This document shows positions 13,644 through 26,814 of a DNA stretch of 62,154 nt, one piece after another. This stretch comes from Chiloscyllium plagiosum. Taxonomy: Eukaryota. Location: the NCBI RefSeq assembly GCF_004010195.1, contig NC_057711.1, positions 69,069,619 through 69,131,772 on the forward strand. Direction: 5' to 3'. The translations under genes were made by a program, and so were the position numbers. The notes below the pieces were generated by a model that was not told the origin of the DNA, searched no databases, and was given only the letters and a program-made list of their open reading frames with translations. Each line of letters begins with the position of its first letter. Position 1 is the stretch's first letter.

Positions 13644-14820
13644 GGAGGAAGACAGTTAGCATAGTGGTAATGTCACTGGACTCTGAATCTAGGCTAATTT
13701 TCTGGAAACAATGGTTTGAATCTGGTCACAGCAGAAACTTTGGAATTAAAAGCTCGCCTAATGGCATCCACCAAGCCATTCTCGATAGTTATAGACATCA
13801 ATGTGGTTTCTTGATGCCCTTTAAGGAAGAAAATCTGCCATCCTTACTATTATGACCTCCAAATCCACAGAGATAGAGTTGACTCTTGACCACCCCTGTA
13901 AAATAGCCTCTCAATCTACTCTGATGTATCAAACTACTAAAAAGTCTAAACAAAAGCATGAAATCAGACAAACCACCAGACATCGACTGAGGCACTGGAA
14001 ATTACCGCAACAAATACAGCACTGATGACCTTGCAAAGTCCCCCATCTCTCATATGGGGCTTGAGCCAAAATTGGAAGAGCTGTCCCAAAAATTAGTTTA
14101 AACAACATCCTGACATATTCAAATGCATAGAATCATGCCTTAATGACAACGTCCCAGACTCCACCATGGTCATCCCTAGGATTGTTCTCTCCTTGTGGCA
14201 GTGTGTGACCACAAGAGGTGCTGATACAGTGGTTTAAAATTGTGAAGGAATTGGCCTGGGAACACACAAAACTGACTCCAGACCCCCATGAAGTTTCATA
14301 GCAATAAATTAAACATAGGTAAGGAAAGCACTTCACCTGCTTCCTGTGGAGCACTACTCAAAGGACTAATGAAGGATGGCTAGTGCACAGAATGAACTCT
14401 GGGTGGGAGACTTCAATATCCATCAGGATGGCTCAGTAGCATCACAAATGACTGAGCAGCTTGAATGCTGGCCTGGGTCTGAAACTCATCCTCGCCGATC
14501 TACTGATTGTAGGTGTGTATGTTTACAGCAGTATAATAGCTGAGCAGTCATTGTGGAGATAAAGTTCCGCTTCACATTGACGATACCCCTATCATGTTTA
14601 GCAAAACCACTGTGATAAATGGGGTAGACTTCAAAAGCATCTAGCAATTCAAAATGGGTATCCACACGGCACTGTGGGTCATCAGCAGAATTATATTTTA
14701 AACACAATAAGTAACCTCATGGCCTGGCTTTTCCCTAAACAAGCTGAGAGATCATTCTTGTTCAATGAAGAATATAGGAGTGCAAGCCAGAAGCAGCACC
14801 AGGCAATCCTAAAAATGAAG
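13644..14820 (+). mobile_element. 5' part of a tRNA-headed CR1-group LINE ('family B') with decayed APE endonuclease
   Basis: A-box tagcatagtgg and B-box ggtttgaatc, then from about 14040 IWGLEPKLEEL...QHPDI...WVGDFN. Confidence 0.8.
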
Positions 14821-14821
14821 C

Positions 14822-14990
14822 ACAAACCTAACCTGCACATCTTTGGACTGTGGGAGGAAACTGGAGCACCCGGAGGAAACCCACGCAGTCACAGGGAGAA
14901 TGTGCAAACTCCACACAGACAGTCGCCCAACGGTAGAATTGGACCCACGTGCTGTGAGGCAGCAGTGCTAACCACTGAGCGACTGTGCCT
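14822..14990 (-). mobile_element. HE1-type V-SINE, 5' half
   Basis: Head and V-domain on the minus strand. Confidence 0.9.
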
Positions 14991-15079
14991 TCCCGTTTCA
15001 CATTGAGGCTACCCTAACAATCTATCAAAATTAAATGATTCTGACCAGTGGACAGTTTTCAGCTTCAGTTTCCTCCAAT

Positions 15080-15870
15080 AACCCTTGGTTCTCATACAGA
15101 TTAAAAATGTCTGCCCAACATTTAATATACTCAATTATCTAGTCTCACAACCCTCTGTGATAAAGAATTCCACAAATTCAGCATTCTCTGAAGGAAATCT
15201 CTCTCATTCCGAGATTAAGTACTCTAGTCCTTCCGACATGGAGAAACAACCTCTCTGCATGTACCATATCAAACCTGTAAGAATTGTCAATGTTTCGGTA
15301 AGGCCTCCTTTCATTTTTCTTATGTCCAGGGAATATAAACCCAACCTACTCAACTTGTTCTCATAAGAAAATCTCTCCGTCCCTAGGATTAACCTAGTGA
15401 ACCTTTCCTGCACTTTCTCCATTAAGAGTATATCTTTAAATAAAGGGATCAAAACTGTTCAGTTTTCCAAGGTGTTTTCAAGCTAGCGCCTTATCTAGAA
15501 TTAACAAGACCTCCATGTTTTTATTCTCTATCTCTCTAGAAATAACAGCCAACATTACATTTACTTTCCCTGTTACCCACTGAACTTTGCTAGTTATTTG
15601 AGATTCAGACACAACAACCCCCAAATCCCTCTGTGTGTCCAACGTGCATTTTTGTGCACACGGTCTCAATTTAATTAATATTCAGCTCTTTTATTTTTCC
15701 TGCCAAAGTGCAAAATCTCATATACTCCCACATCATATTCTATCTGGAAAGTTCTTTTGCCCACTAATTAACCTGTCAATATTCTTCTGTAGACACTTCG
15801 TTATCCTTACAACTTGTGTTCCCACCCGTTTTTTTGCATCTTCAGCAAACTTGGCGACAGTACATTCGAA
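15080..15870 (-). mobile_element. Older CR1-type LINE 3' fragment
   Basis: QRDLGVVV, EKVQERFTRLI and LSRLGLYSL motifs. Confidence 0.85.
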
Positions 15871-15886
15871 TCATTCTTCTACATAT

Positions 15887-16736
15887 AAGTCTTCCCCATT
15901 TGTCATAGTAGTATTGCGAAACATCAATGTGAAGTGGAACTTTATCTTCACAATGACTGCTCAGGGGTCACTCCTGCTGTTATACTGCTATAGGCATACA
16001 CACCTACAATCAGTAGATTGGCGAGGATGAGTTTCAGACCTAGGCCAGCACTCAAGCTGCTCAGTCATTTGTGGTGCTACCGAGCAATCCTGATGGATAT
16101 TGAAGTCTCCCACCCAGAGTTCATTTTGTGCACTAGCCATCCTTCGTGAGTCCTTTGTGTAGTGTGCCACAGGAAGCAGATGAGGCGGTTTCCTTGTCCA
16201 TGTTTAATTTGATGCTATGAGACTTCATGGGCGTCTGGAGTCAGTTGTGAATTCTCCCAGGCCAATTCCTTCACAATTTTAAACCACTGTATCAGCACCT
16301 CTGGTGGTCACATACTGCCACTACGAGAGAACAATCCTACATATGACCATGGTGGATTCTGAGGTGTTGTCATTATGACATGATTTTATGCATTTGAATA
16401 TATCAGGATGTTGTTTAAACTAATTTTTGGGACAGCTCTTCCAATTTTGGCACAAGCCCCATATGGGAGATGGGAGAAGGTTTGCAGGGTCATCAGCGTT
16501 GCATTTGTTGTAGTAATTTCCAGTGCCTCAGTCGATGTCTGATGGTTTGTCTGATTTCATGCTTTTGTTTAGACCTTTTAGTAGTTTGATACATCAGAGT
16601 AGATTGAGAGGCTATTTTACAGGAGTGGTCAAGAGTCAACTCTATCTCTGTGGATTTGGAGGTCATAATAGTAAGGATGGCAGATCTTCTTCCTTAAAGG
16701 ACATCAAGAAACCACATTGATGTCTATGACAATGAG
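15887..16736 (-). repeat. Inverted duplicate of 13779-14630
   Basis: Near-identical spurious ORFs 13798-13995(-) and 16523-16720(+); the alignment extends about 850 bp. Confidence 0.95.
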
Positions 16737-17600
16737 ATTACAGTGGACAATATTTTCAAAAGTTACAGAAATGTTAAGAATGACAATGAGAGAGACTTTA
16801 CCTTGACTACAGTTGTATAGAATGTCATTTCTGACTTTGAGAGCCATTTCAGTACTGTACCAAGACAGAAACCTGATGAAAGCAATTCAGAATGGAATAT
16901 GGGATTTGACTGCTGATGACGCATTTGAAGGCCTTGCAGAGGAAATGGAATTTGGAGATGGGGTGATAATTTTTATTTATCCGATCAAGGCAATGGTTTT
17001 TGTTTTCTGAAGGTGGGTAATGATGGCAGATTTCAAGGAGAGTACAAGGCAATATCCAAGGGGAGAGAACAGTGAACATGGAAACCAGGAATGGAAGTTG
17101 GTTAGTAATTTCATGGGAGTGCGGTGTTCAGTGAGAATAAGGTGAGTGTCATTTACTTAGTGAGCCTCCAAGGTAGCATCAGAGAAGTTGAGAGAAAACT
17201 AAAGAAAGATGTGAGTTCAGGGCTAGGACAGCAGGAAGATTCCAGGGCAGTGGTCCAATGGGCTATTGGTAAAGAATGTAGCAGCAGTGACAGAGGTTTC
17301 AACCTTAGAGCATCTCAAGAGTTTCTTACACTTAATGGTTAGAGGTGAGAAGGACTAAAGAAACTTTGCAGTTGGAAAAAGGAAGTGAGGTTATCTTTAC
17401 ATTCCAGGGTGACTGGTGGAGTGATCAGTTTCAGCAGAGGAGACTAATATTTGGTGTTTTATGTTGACCTGTCAGATCTGGCAATGAATGACTTAACCAG
17501 CTGTCCACCACATCTATTCCAGTCTGCATTCCTTAGGTTCAGGGAACAGAGGTGAAAGCTATAACCAAGGGAGCAACTAGGGTGAGAAGGTAATGACTGA
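16737..17600 (-). mobile_element. Ancient L2-type LINE RT relic
   Basis: Minus strand reads SGFC..YSTEMAL.KVRNDILYNCSQGKVSLIVILNISVTF, typical of L2 RT. Confidence 0.7.
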
Positions 17601-18997
17601 TGGCACCCTGAAAATAGCTAGTTGTTCTGTTTGTCTCTTTTGGTTTGGGATTCTGGCAGGGTAACGCTGTATGCCTTTGCAGCTTGACAATACTTTTTTC
17701 CCCCCAGAAAGGTTAACGGAAATTCCCAATAAGAAACACGTTATGCCCTGGTGGGTGGAGTGAATTCAGCTCCACACAAATTGCAAACAGACCAGTCAGC
17801 TAATAATTTTAAAAAGATGATAAAACTTAATATGTTCTGTAAACCCTGCATTCTATCTATTCATTCCTCAAATTTATTTGCCACTGTTGTAGTGTCTAGC
17901 AACTCTTCTCATCCTTGTATTTTGAGTTTATTACTGAACTAAGATAGAGATAATGGGACATAGTTTCTTGAGCATGGGAATTACATTGGATATGATCGTA
18001 CTGATGGACTGTGGTTTAATAGAATAAAGTTCCTACAGGCTTTCAACTGCTGACCTATCTATGTCATGTTGGTACACTATGTAGCCATGAATGGTAATCC
18101 AAATTTTTAAATGTTTACAAGGTTCAGAGTCATAGTTCAGCTTCTGGATCACGATGCTTAGAAGAAAATCATTTTCTTCCAAAAAGAACTGGTGTCCTAA
18201 CGCTGCATTGTTTCCCTTACCTGATGTGCAGAGCATATGCTCGGCCTAACTGAGGTTGCATTCCCCATTTAAAATGAGGGACAAAAATTGGCTTTCTTAA
18301 CGCACAGTACTTTAATCTGATGATGTTGAGTTTTGGAAGCTCATCAAGAAAATAAAAAGACTGTCAGGGATTTGGGAACTTTCTGAAAGATCAATGCAAA
18401 TTATTTTCACACCTTTAAATGTCAAACTTCAAACTGTTAGTTTTTATGTTATGATGTTTTGATACAATGCTTCACTGTCAGGAAGCTGTCCTTTAAAGGT
18501 GTGGTGACCACTACACTAGCCAACCTTGTGCATTTGTCTGTTTGTATTTCAGTGCTTTTCTAGTTGAGGAAGCATTATAATACAGTGGACAAAATATCAA
18601 CACATCTTTCTTTGTGTGCTGTCATTTTTTCAGCTGTGATTTAGATTTATCTAGCTGACTTTTTTTAAAAATTGAAATTGGGGAGAAAAAGTAAGCATTT
18701 GTTTCCCTACAATGATTGGCACTCTCTGCCTTGAAGGTGAACTGAGAATCTGCTCTTCTCTTCCCAGTAAGTATATTGTTTTGACAACAATGACCATTAT
18801 CAGTGCTTCACTGAGTATCGAGTTCTATTGGATTTCAACACACTTGGTGTCCATTCAGTTAGCCATAATAACCAAATGTGCCTTTGTGGTTCCTAGTTTG
18901 TTGACACAAACTAGTAAGACTCCAAGTGTAAGAAGGTTTAGTTTTAATTTGGGTAGTTTTTTTTAAAATCAATGCTAGACAGGTTTTTATTGGATGG

Positions 18998-19216
18998 ACT
19001 GACAAGCAGGAGGCTGGAAGAATACAGCAAGCCAGACAGTATCATGAGGTGGAGGAGTCAATATTTCGGGTGTAACCTGTGGCAGGTGCTGAAGAAGAGT
19101 TACAGTCAAAACATTGACTTCTCCACCTCCTGATGCTGCCTAGTTTGCTGTGTTCTTCCAGCCTCCTGCTTGTCTATCTTGGAATCCAGCACCTGCAGAT
19201 TTTTTTTGTCTCTAAC
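18998..19216. mobile_element. Palindromic pLTR mini-element with TSD
   Basis: Inverted halves around a decayed core ctgaagaagagttacagtcaaaac; TSD caggttt(t/c)tattggatgg at 18980-18997 and 19217-19234. Confidence 0.85.
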
Positions 19217-20837
19217 CAGGTTTCTATTGGATGGCAAGAGGTTAATCTTTCCCCAGGAATTTCATACATTTTCAATTGCATGGAATCCGAGCAACATTTG
19301 GGGAATAACTATGCAGGATTCATGGGGACATGGAGTGATATGGGGAAATCTCCAGCAGTATGGACCCATGAGGTCATAGGTGTCAAATAGGGGGATCTTG
19401 ATGGCACTTGGAGGATAAGTGAGTGAATTGGGGTGGCATGGATGATCTGTTCTGGCATAGAGGATGAATAGAGCATAGGATTAGTGGAGGAGAATCTTAG
19501 ACTGTATGCAGAATATAGGGATGACATGGTGAACATGAAAGGGCACAGACTCGCATGGTGTTTGGTGGGGAGGGAGGCAAAGAACTTTGAAATGGCAGGC
19601 AAGCCCCTGGTGGATAAAGGAAATGCTTCAGTGATACCATCAAGGCCTCACTGGCGAAGTACTGCATTTGCACTGACACCTGCAAATCATTGGGCCAAGA
19701 CCATCAAAAGTGGAGGAGGTGCACCTGTGAAGGCATTGAGCACCTCAAGACTTGCCATCAGGAAAAAGTAGAAGCCAGGTGAAAACAGCGAAAGGCGTGC
19801 ACGACCACACTAATGCCCCACTCATACCTTCCCATGGCCATCTTTTGACCCGAGTGTGGCAAAGTCCGATAAAGCTATATCGGTATGTACAGCCACTTAG
19901 AGTGGAAGAGGATCATTTGCATCTGTGAAGGACTGCCAATGATGATGGTTGGGGTAAAGAGCGGTGAGGTTTGGAGGGCCTTTAAATAAAGGAGCTGGAA
20001 TTTTGTGTTGGAGAACTGGAGTGGCCTTTCTAACTGGTCCATCTCTCCACCCAAACTCCTTCAACACTGGTTTGTGGCTTGCAAACTGCGCCACAACCCA
20101 TTGTCAAGAAACAAATATAGCATGTGAAGTCACTTAAGTCGGGCGTGTAGTATGCAAGATGTGAAAGTGTGCAATTCAAGTTTAGTCAAGCCCAGAGTAA
20201 GGTTTGGCCAATAAATTCTAATTGCATCTCTTAAAAACATCCAAAAGCAATCATGCGCAATAAATTATGTGCAGCATGGCCAGTTAATTGTATTTTGGTA
20301 ATGTTCATTCAGAGAACACTTTTCCAGTTGACTGGGAGTGTTCCCTCTTTCTTTTGTATAGAAATTACAAAATGCCATTGGACTATTCATGCCCACCAGA
20401 ACAACCAAATTGTGCCGTGGATGAATGCTAGCCCTTTTTCAATACTGATTGAATTTCAAACCAAAAGATGTCCTTAAATCTTTTAATGAAATTTAAATTA
20501 AATCCGTTTTTGTTTTGTCATTGTGCAAACTGCACATTCCATTTTTGTAGTGGTCATAAATACGTTTTTCCTGTTGATGGTTTAATGACCTCACACCAGC
20601 ACTTGGACCAAATTTAAATTCATGAATTTTGGCAAACAACGTGTTGTTGAAGCAAACTTGTGCATTTAAGTGGTCATTTAAACGTAGCTGTTTATAATCT
20701 GATCAATAGTTTCGCCCATATCTGCAGAAAGAAATTGCTGCTATTAGCAATTCAAGTTTTCCACATGGATCCCCAGCATCACTTTCAGTATTTATAGGTA
20801 GGGCAAAAATTAGAGACAAAATTTTCAGTGCTGCTGT

Positions 20838-21440
20838 AGAGTCATGCACAACACAGAAACAGCCTTCTGACCAGCTTGTCCATGCTGACCAGATATCCTA
20901 AATTAATCTAGTCCCATTTGGCAGTATTTGGCCCATATACTCTGCAGGACCTTACCATTAAGTGTATACATCCTGCCCTGATTTGCCTTTCCAAAATGCA
21001 GCATCTCACATTTATCTAAATCAAATTCCATCTGCCACTCCTCAGCCATTGGTCCGTCTGATCAAGATCCCGTTGTAGTCTGTGACAACCATCTTCGCTG
21101 TACACTACACTGCCAATTTTGGTGTCATCTGCAAACTTGCTAACTATACCTCCTATGTTCACATCCAAATCACTTGTATAAATGATGAAACCGATCCTTG
21201 TGGCACACCACTGGTTACAAGCTTCCAGTCTGAAAAACAACCCTCTACCACCATCCTCTGTCTTCTACCTTCATGCCAGTTCTGTATCTAAATAGCTGAT
21301 TCTCTCTCAATCACTGTGATCTAACCTTGCTAACCAGTCTACCATGAGGAACCTTGTCGAACACGTTACTGAAGTCCATCCAGATCATGTCCATCGTTCT
21401 GCCCTCATCAATCCTCTTTTTATTTCTTCTTCAAAAAACT
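20838..21440 (-). mobile_element. CR1/HER1-type LINE, internally deleted 3' fragment
   Basis: VSKFADDTKIG and LQRDLD motifs plus the CR1 3' tail. Confidence 0.9.
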
Positions 21441-21542
21441 TTTTTTTTCAAGTTAGCCAGAGACAATTTGGCACTGATTACTGGAGGATATATAGTACAA
21501 GTACAATCCCAATAAGGTGATCATCCCTTCTTATTGCTTAGT

Positions 21543-21833
21543 TCCACAGTGGTTAGCACTGCAGCCTCACAGCACCAGGGTCGCAGGTTCAATTCCAGCC
21601 TCAGGCGACTGTCTGTATGGAGTTTGCAGATTCTCCCCGTGTCTGTGTGGGTTTCCTCCAGGTGCTCTGGTTTCCTCCCACAGGTTAGGTCAATTGGCCA
21701 TGCTAAATTGCCTATAGTGTTAGGTGCATTAGTCAGAGGGAAATGGGTCTGGGTGGGTTACTCTTCGGAGGGTCGGTGTGGACTGGTTGGGCTGAAGGAC
21801 CTGTTTCCACATTGTAGGGAATCTAAAAAAAAG
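21543..21833 (+). mobile_element. HE1-type V-SINE
   Basis: cagtggttagcactgcagcctcacagc head, V-domain and tail. Confidence 0.95.
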
Positions 21834-22974
21834 TAACTTCTCTGGCTGCGTTCCCAGGAATGTCCTCCCTCAGGTCTGTTTCAGTGCTGTACATCTCTAT
21901 GACTCTATAATGTTATCTCTAATCAAAAATGCCACTCTCCCGTCTTTTGCGCACGCCACCCCCAGGCCGCTAACCTTTCCATCCTTCCTGTATCATCTAG
22001 CTTTGTTGAAATTATTTTCCACCAACTGTACTTGGTCAAATTGAAGTTCTTTACAACCTCATGATGTGATTTTCCAAATCTAAGACAGTTTCTCATCCGT
22101 TGTTTCAAACAAGTTGATGGTCCAGAATTCTCTGGAAAAATATTGACAAGTTCACAGCACACACCATTATTACTGCAGCAAATATCCTACAATTTGTGGT
22201 GATGACAAGCTATGCCACAAGTCGAGAGTTGCCACAAATTGGTAGGTGATTTCCATAACTCTATTATTGGCTTTGCAAAAATAGAAGCCTGCGTCAACCT
22301 CCCATTATTGTCCGCAAAATTGTTTGATTTTTAACTTGAACTAAACATAAAGTTTAGGTGCTTTTTCATAGTGTTCTCTTTTAGTGCAGAGATCGATGTA
22401 CAATATGCAGCATGACCCAACCTTGTAGTTCGCTCCTATTTCCAAAGTAATTGAAACTGTAACATCTTATTCTGCGTGGGTTAAAACTCAGCTTGAAATA
22501 GTTAAATTATAATTGTTATTTTCTTATTGTTTTTCTTTTCTGTTTCTCTTTCCTCTTTCTCAATTCAATCGTTCACACCCTCACTTTATTTCTCTTTCTG
22601 TACTTTATTTAATTTGACTCATCCAAACAGTTTCATTGTCAATTACTTTCTGTCCCTGCATTACATTGGCTGAGGAGTATAATGCTCCTGTTGTTAACTT
22701 GGGTCTCAGTTTATTCGCACTATAGCGCTTCTTAACACAAAAGTAATGGAAGCAGAATGGTAAGGAAATAGATCCAACTCGCAGCACATGCTGTGCAATG
22801 CCTGACTTTGGCAAAGTCTGTGCTGTTGGTGAAGGAGCTGTTGGTCTTATTTTTAATATTTGAGAAGAATTTGACTATGTCCCACACCTGTATTTAATAA
22901 AATATATCTGTCAAAATAGAGTTTATAACCAAAGGCCATAATCACAGAATAATATTTAAAATAGAGATAGGTAG

Positions 22975-23410
22975 TAAAACCGTGGAATTTTTCACACAGC
23001 GAGCTGTAGAGGCTGGGTAGAGTATATACAAGGCGATGATTATGATTTTTAATCAGTAAGGGAATTGAGGGTTATGGCAGGAAAGTGTAGTTAAGGATCA
23101 GCCTTGATGCCATTGGATGGCGGAGCAGACTCGAGGGGCTGAATGGTCTATATCTGCTCTTATGTCTTTCTTGTATCACAGTTGACTAATCAAATCAAAC
23201 TTGTATCAAAGTAACAAAAAGAGATTGACTAAGGAAATGCAATGAATGTTGTCTAAGGATCAGGATAAACCATTTAGGCTTTGGATGAAGAGAGTGGTGA
23301 GCCTATGGAATTTGCTACTGCTGAAAACAATTGAAGGCAAAACATTGTCTCTTTCCAAGGAGTTGGATGTAGCACTTGGAGCTAAAAGGGATCAAAGGAT
23401 ATGGGGGAAG
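22975..23410 (+). mobile_element. Short CR1 3'-end fragments
   Basis: RVVSLWNLL-type ORF2 end; 3' UTR ggcggagcagactcgaggggctgaatgg. Confidence 0.7.
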
Positions 23411-23439
23411 GGATCATATTTCACATTGGTATTCACCCA

Positions 23440-25192
23440 AAGAGAAGGAAATGGATGATGGTAAGATGAGAGAGGCCTATGTTGATATTCGAGGGCAAGT
23501 TGATATTGTGGAGGAGGAAGAGGTGGTGTTGTATGTCTTGAAAATCATTATGGTGGTTAGGTACCCAGGTCCTGATGGTGCAAGGGCAGAAATTGCTGGA
23601 GGTTTGACAGAGATGATCTTTTGTATTCGCTTTTGCCAGAGGCAAGGCCCCTCAAGACTGCAGATTTGCCAGTGTTGATCCTTTGTTTAAGAAGGACAAC
23701 AAGGATAATCCAGGAAATTATAAACTGGTGAGCCTTACATCAGTGATAGGGAAATTATTGTCGAAGAGTCTTAAGGACAGGATTTAGTCTCATTTGGGGA
23801 AAAAATGGACTTACTAGGGATAGTTAGCATGGTTTTGAGCGTGGGGGGGGTCTTGTTTCACAAATCTGATTGAGTTTTTTTTGAGGAGATAATGAAGGTT
23901 ATTGGTAAGGGTAGGGCTGTGGATGTTATCTGCATGAACTTTACTGAAGCATTTCACTAGGTCTCTAATGCTAGCCTGATACTGAAGATTAAGTCACAAG
24001 ACATCTGTGTTGACTTGGTAAGTTGGATACAAACTGACTTGGTCAGAGAACACAGGGTAGTTTTGGAGTGGTGTTTTTCTGCCTGGAGGTCTGCAGCCAG
24101 TGGTGTTGTGCAAGGATCAGTGTTGAGACCTCTGATGTTTGTAATATATATAAATAAGTTAGATTAAAATATAGGTGGTCTGCTTAGTTAGTTTGCAGAT
24201 ATCCTGAGTTTTAGTGGAGTTGTTTATAATGAGGAATGTTGTCAAAGGATACAGCAGTAAGTAGATCAATTGCAAAGTTGCATGGGGAAATCTGAGTTTA
24301 ATCCAGATGAGTGTGAGGTGATGCATTTTAGGACATCAAATGAAAGAAGAAGGTATACAGTAAATGACAGGACCCGTAGGAGCGTTGATATACAGAGGAA
24401 TCTTGGAGTGCAAATCCATAGCTCCCTGAGAGTATCAACACAAATGGATAAAGCGGTTTTAAAAAAAAGGACTACACTGCTTGCTTTCATTGGTCAGGGC
24501 ATTGAGTATAAATGTTGACAAATCATCTTGCAGCTGTATAAATCTTGAGAGGCCACATTTTGGTGTATTGTGTACAGTTCTGGTTGTCAAATATAAGAAG
24601 GATGTAGAGGCATTGGAGACAGTACACGAAAGAGAATTATCAGAATGTTGCCTGCATTGGAGTAAATTAGCTATAATAAGAAGTTGACCAAACTTGGACT
24701 GTTTTCACTAGAACATTGTGAAGCTGAGAGGCACCCTGATATAAAATTATGAGAGGAATGGTTAGAGTGGATAGTCAGAGTCTCTTTCCCAGGGTGGAAA
24801 TTTCAAATGCGCAAGGGCCTAGGTTTAAGGTGAGAGAGGAAAAGTTTAAAGGATATGTGCGAGGCAAGTTTTTTTTTAGGCAGGGTGTGATTGGTACCTT
24901 GAATGCATTGTCCAGGATGGGGTTGGAAACAGATACTTTTGCAACGTCTAAAAGCCATTGGACATGAATAGGCAGGGTCATAGAGGCATACAGGCCGGGC
25001 AGATGGGTTTAGTTTAGACTGGCATTGTGGTTGGTATGGATATGGTGGGCCAAGGGCCTGATCCTGTGCTGTACTGTTCTATGTTCTAAGTAGGAACAGG
25101 GTATTGAGTCAGATGATCAGTTATGATCGTTGAGTGGCGAAGCAGACTCAAAGGGCCAAATGGCCTATCTTGGCTCCTATTTTCTATGTTTC
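23440..25192 (+). mobile_element. CR1-type LINE ORF2 (RT) relic plus a second 3' UTR fragment
   Basis: PGPDG, PGNYKLVSLTSV, SGVVQGSVL and FNPDECEVMHF motifs; tail ctgttctatgttcta. Confidence 0.9.
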
Positions 25193-26180
25193 TGTTCATA
25201 ATTGAACAAAATTATAGCCATAGATTGTGAATGTCCATGTAAACATGGATTAAAAAAATAGCAATATAAAGAATAGTAAGTCATGACAGCAGGCTATTTT
25301 TCAGACTGGTAGACTGTAGAATGTGGTGCTGTCCTGGCATGTTCTTTTTTATCAAGCCGCATATAAAAGACTTGGATATTGGAATGCAGATAAAAATTCC
25401 AAAATCTGAATGAGTGGATGGCATGAGCTATCTGAGAGGGATCAAGGGCAATCTGAAAGGGCAGGGGACATCAAGCAAAACTACAGGTGACCTGCGTTGT
25501 GGAGTGGTGTGAGAGAAGAGTGATGATGCTAAAGGGACTTACAGAAGAGTTGAACTGTTTCATTCCAGAGCTGAGATCTTCAAACAGCCTCACCTATGGA
25601 TGCACTCCTCTCAAGACAAATATTCTTGGCAAAGTTGCACACAGATCGGGTGTGCATTTCAGAAAGCACAAATGTTCACAGGCCAGGCTATCCTGAGCCC
25701 ACAGGGAAACGTGGCCTCAGTTGACTTCACAGCCAATGAAGTGTTTCTTTTAAAGTGTAGTCCTTATCCATCTCCTTATTTTGAAACCATCTGCAAGTGT
25801 TGACATCACTCCCAAGTCTATATTTAAATACTTTAAAAGACTCTGTGAAGAGAGGTACCCTGAATCCTGTGGATTTGCAATAGCCACTTGTATCCACTCC
25901 ATAAAATCTATGTTTCTTTCTCTATACAAAATCTTTATTTTGTATGTCCACTGGGGTGAAAGGATCACCTAACCTCCATCAACACTATATTCATAGATGC
26001 ATTTCTCCAACCTCCAGTTTATTTTACTTTGTCAGAGGATTTTGTGAAGTTTATTTAGCTCGATTACTCATTCTAAAATCCATATTGACTACTTTCATTT
26101 CTTTCATCCATAGCTTCATCCTTAATTTAGAAACTAAAATTTCCCTTAGCACAGACGCGAAGTTAATTGACATGTAATTA

Positions 26181-26313
26181 CATTCCTGATGAAGGGCTTT
26201 TGCCCGAAACGTCGGTTTTCCTGCTCCTTGGATGCTGCCTGAACTGTTGTGCTTTTCCAGCACCACTCTGATCTAAACTCTAGTTTCCAGCGTCTGCAGT
26301 CCTCACTTTTGCC
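26181..26313 (+). mobile_element. Solo PLE pLTR
   Basis: Full pLTR body ending gcagtcctcacttttgcc; possible degenerate TSD tgtaatta/tgcaatta. Confidence 0.88.
26183..26216 (+). ncRNA. Minimal type I hammerhead ribozyme core
   Basis: CTGATGA (26186), a, GGGC-tttt-GCCC, GAAAC-GTC: intact catalytic boxes, with helix III reduced to the ACGT palindrome. Confidence 0.75.
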
Positions 26314-26814
26314 TGTGCAATTACCCAGATTAGTTTAATCTTCCTTTCTAAAAATAGGTCTGACATTGGCTAATTTCCAGTTTGTTATCATGCATCCACA
26401 CTCAATACAAATCTAAAAAATAATTTTTTGCACTGATGCAATTTCCTATATTACCATTCTTTGGTTTCTAAGATGCATCCCATCAGGCCATGCTAGTTTG
26501 CCAAAAGAGTTCTTTGTCTCATGATAATGCTGATAAGGATATGCTTTTAGGTTGTACACAAGGACATCAAGTTGCAGTATAATGCAGGGACAGAGCTAAA
26601 ATTCAATCTGATGTGCTGTATAACAGAACTCACTAAGAAACCTTTCTAAGCACCCTTGATAAATTCAAATATGCTTTTAGTGTTCTCCTCGGTTGCAGTC
26701 TCCCAGGTTCTCAGAAAAAAGGTCTGTTGTCTTTATACTAATGTAAAGAGCTACACAATGATGAAGAGCAAAAGAATTTCATAACCATTTTTATACCTTT
26801 TAAAGAAGAAAAAT

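Larger units (their letters stand above)
25770..26480 (-). mobile_element. Ancient CR1-type RT relic (host of the 26181 pLTR)
   Basis: Minus-strand PQDSG..L...YLNIDLGVMSTLADG resembles the PQGS...FADD region. Confidence 0.55.

Noticed and set aside
19240..20100. GC-richer segment, possible DNA-transposon relic
   Set aside because: No recognisable TIRs or transposase motif by eye.
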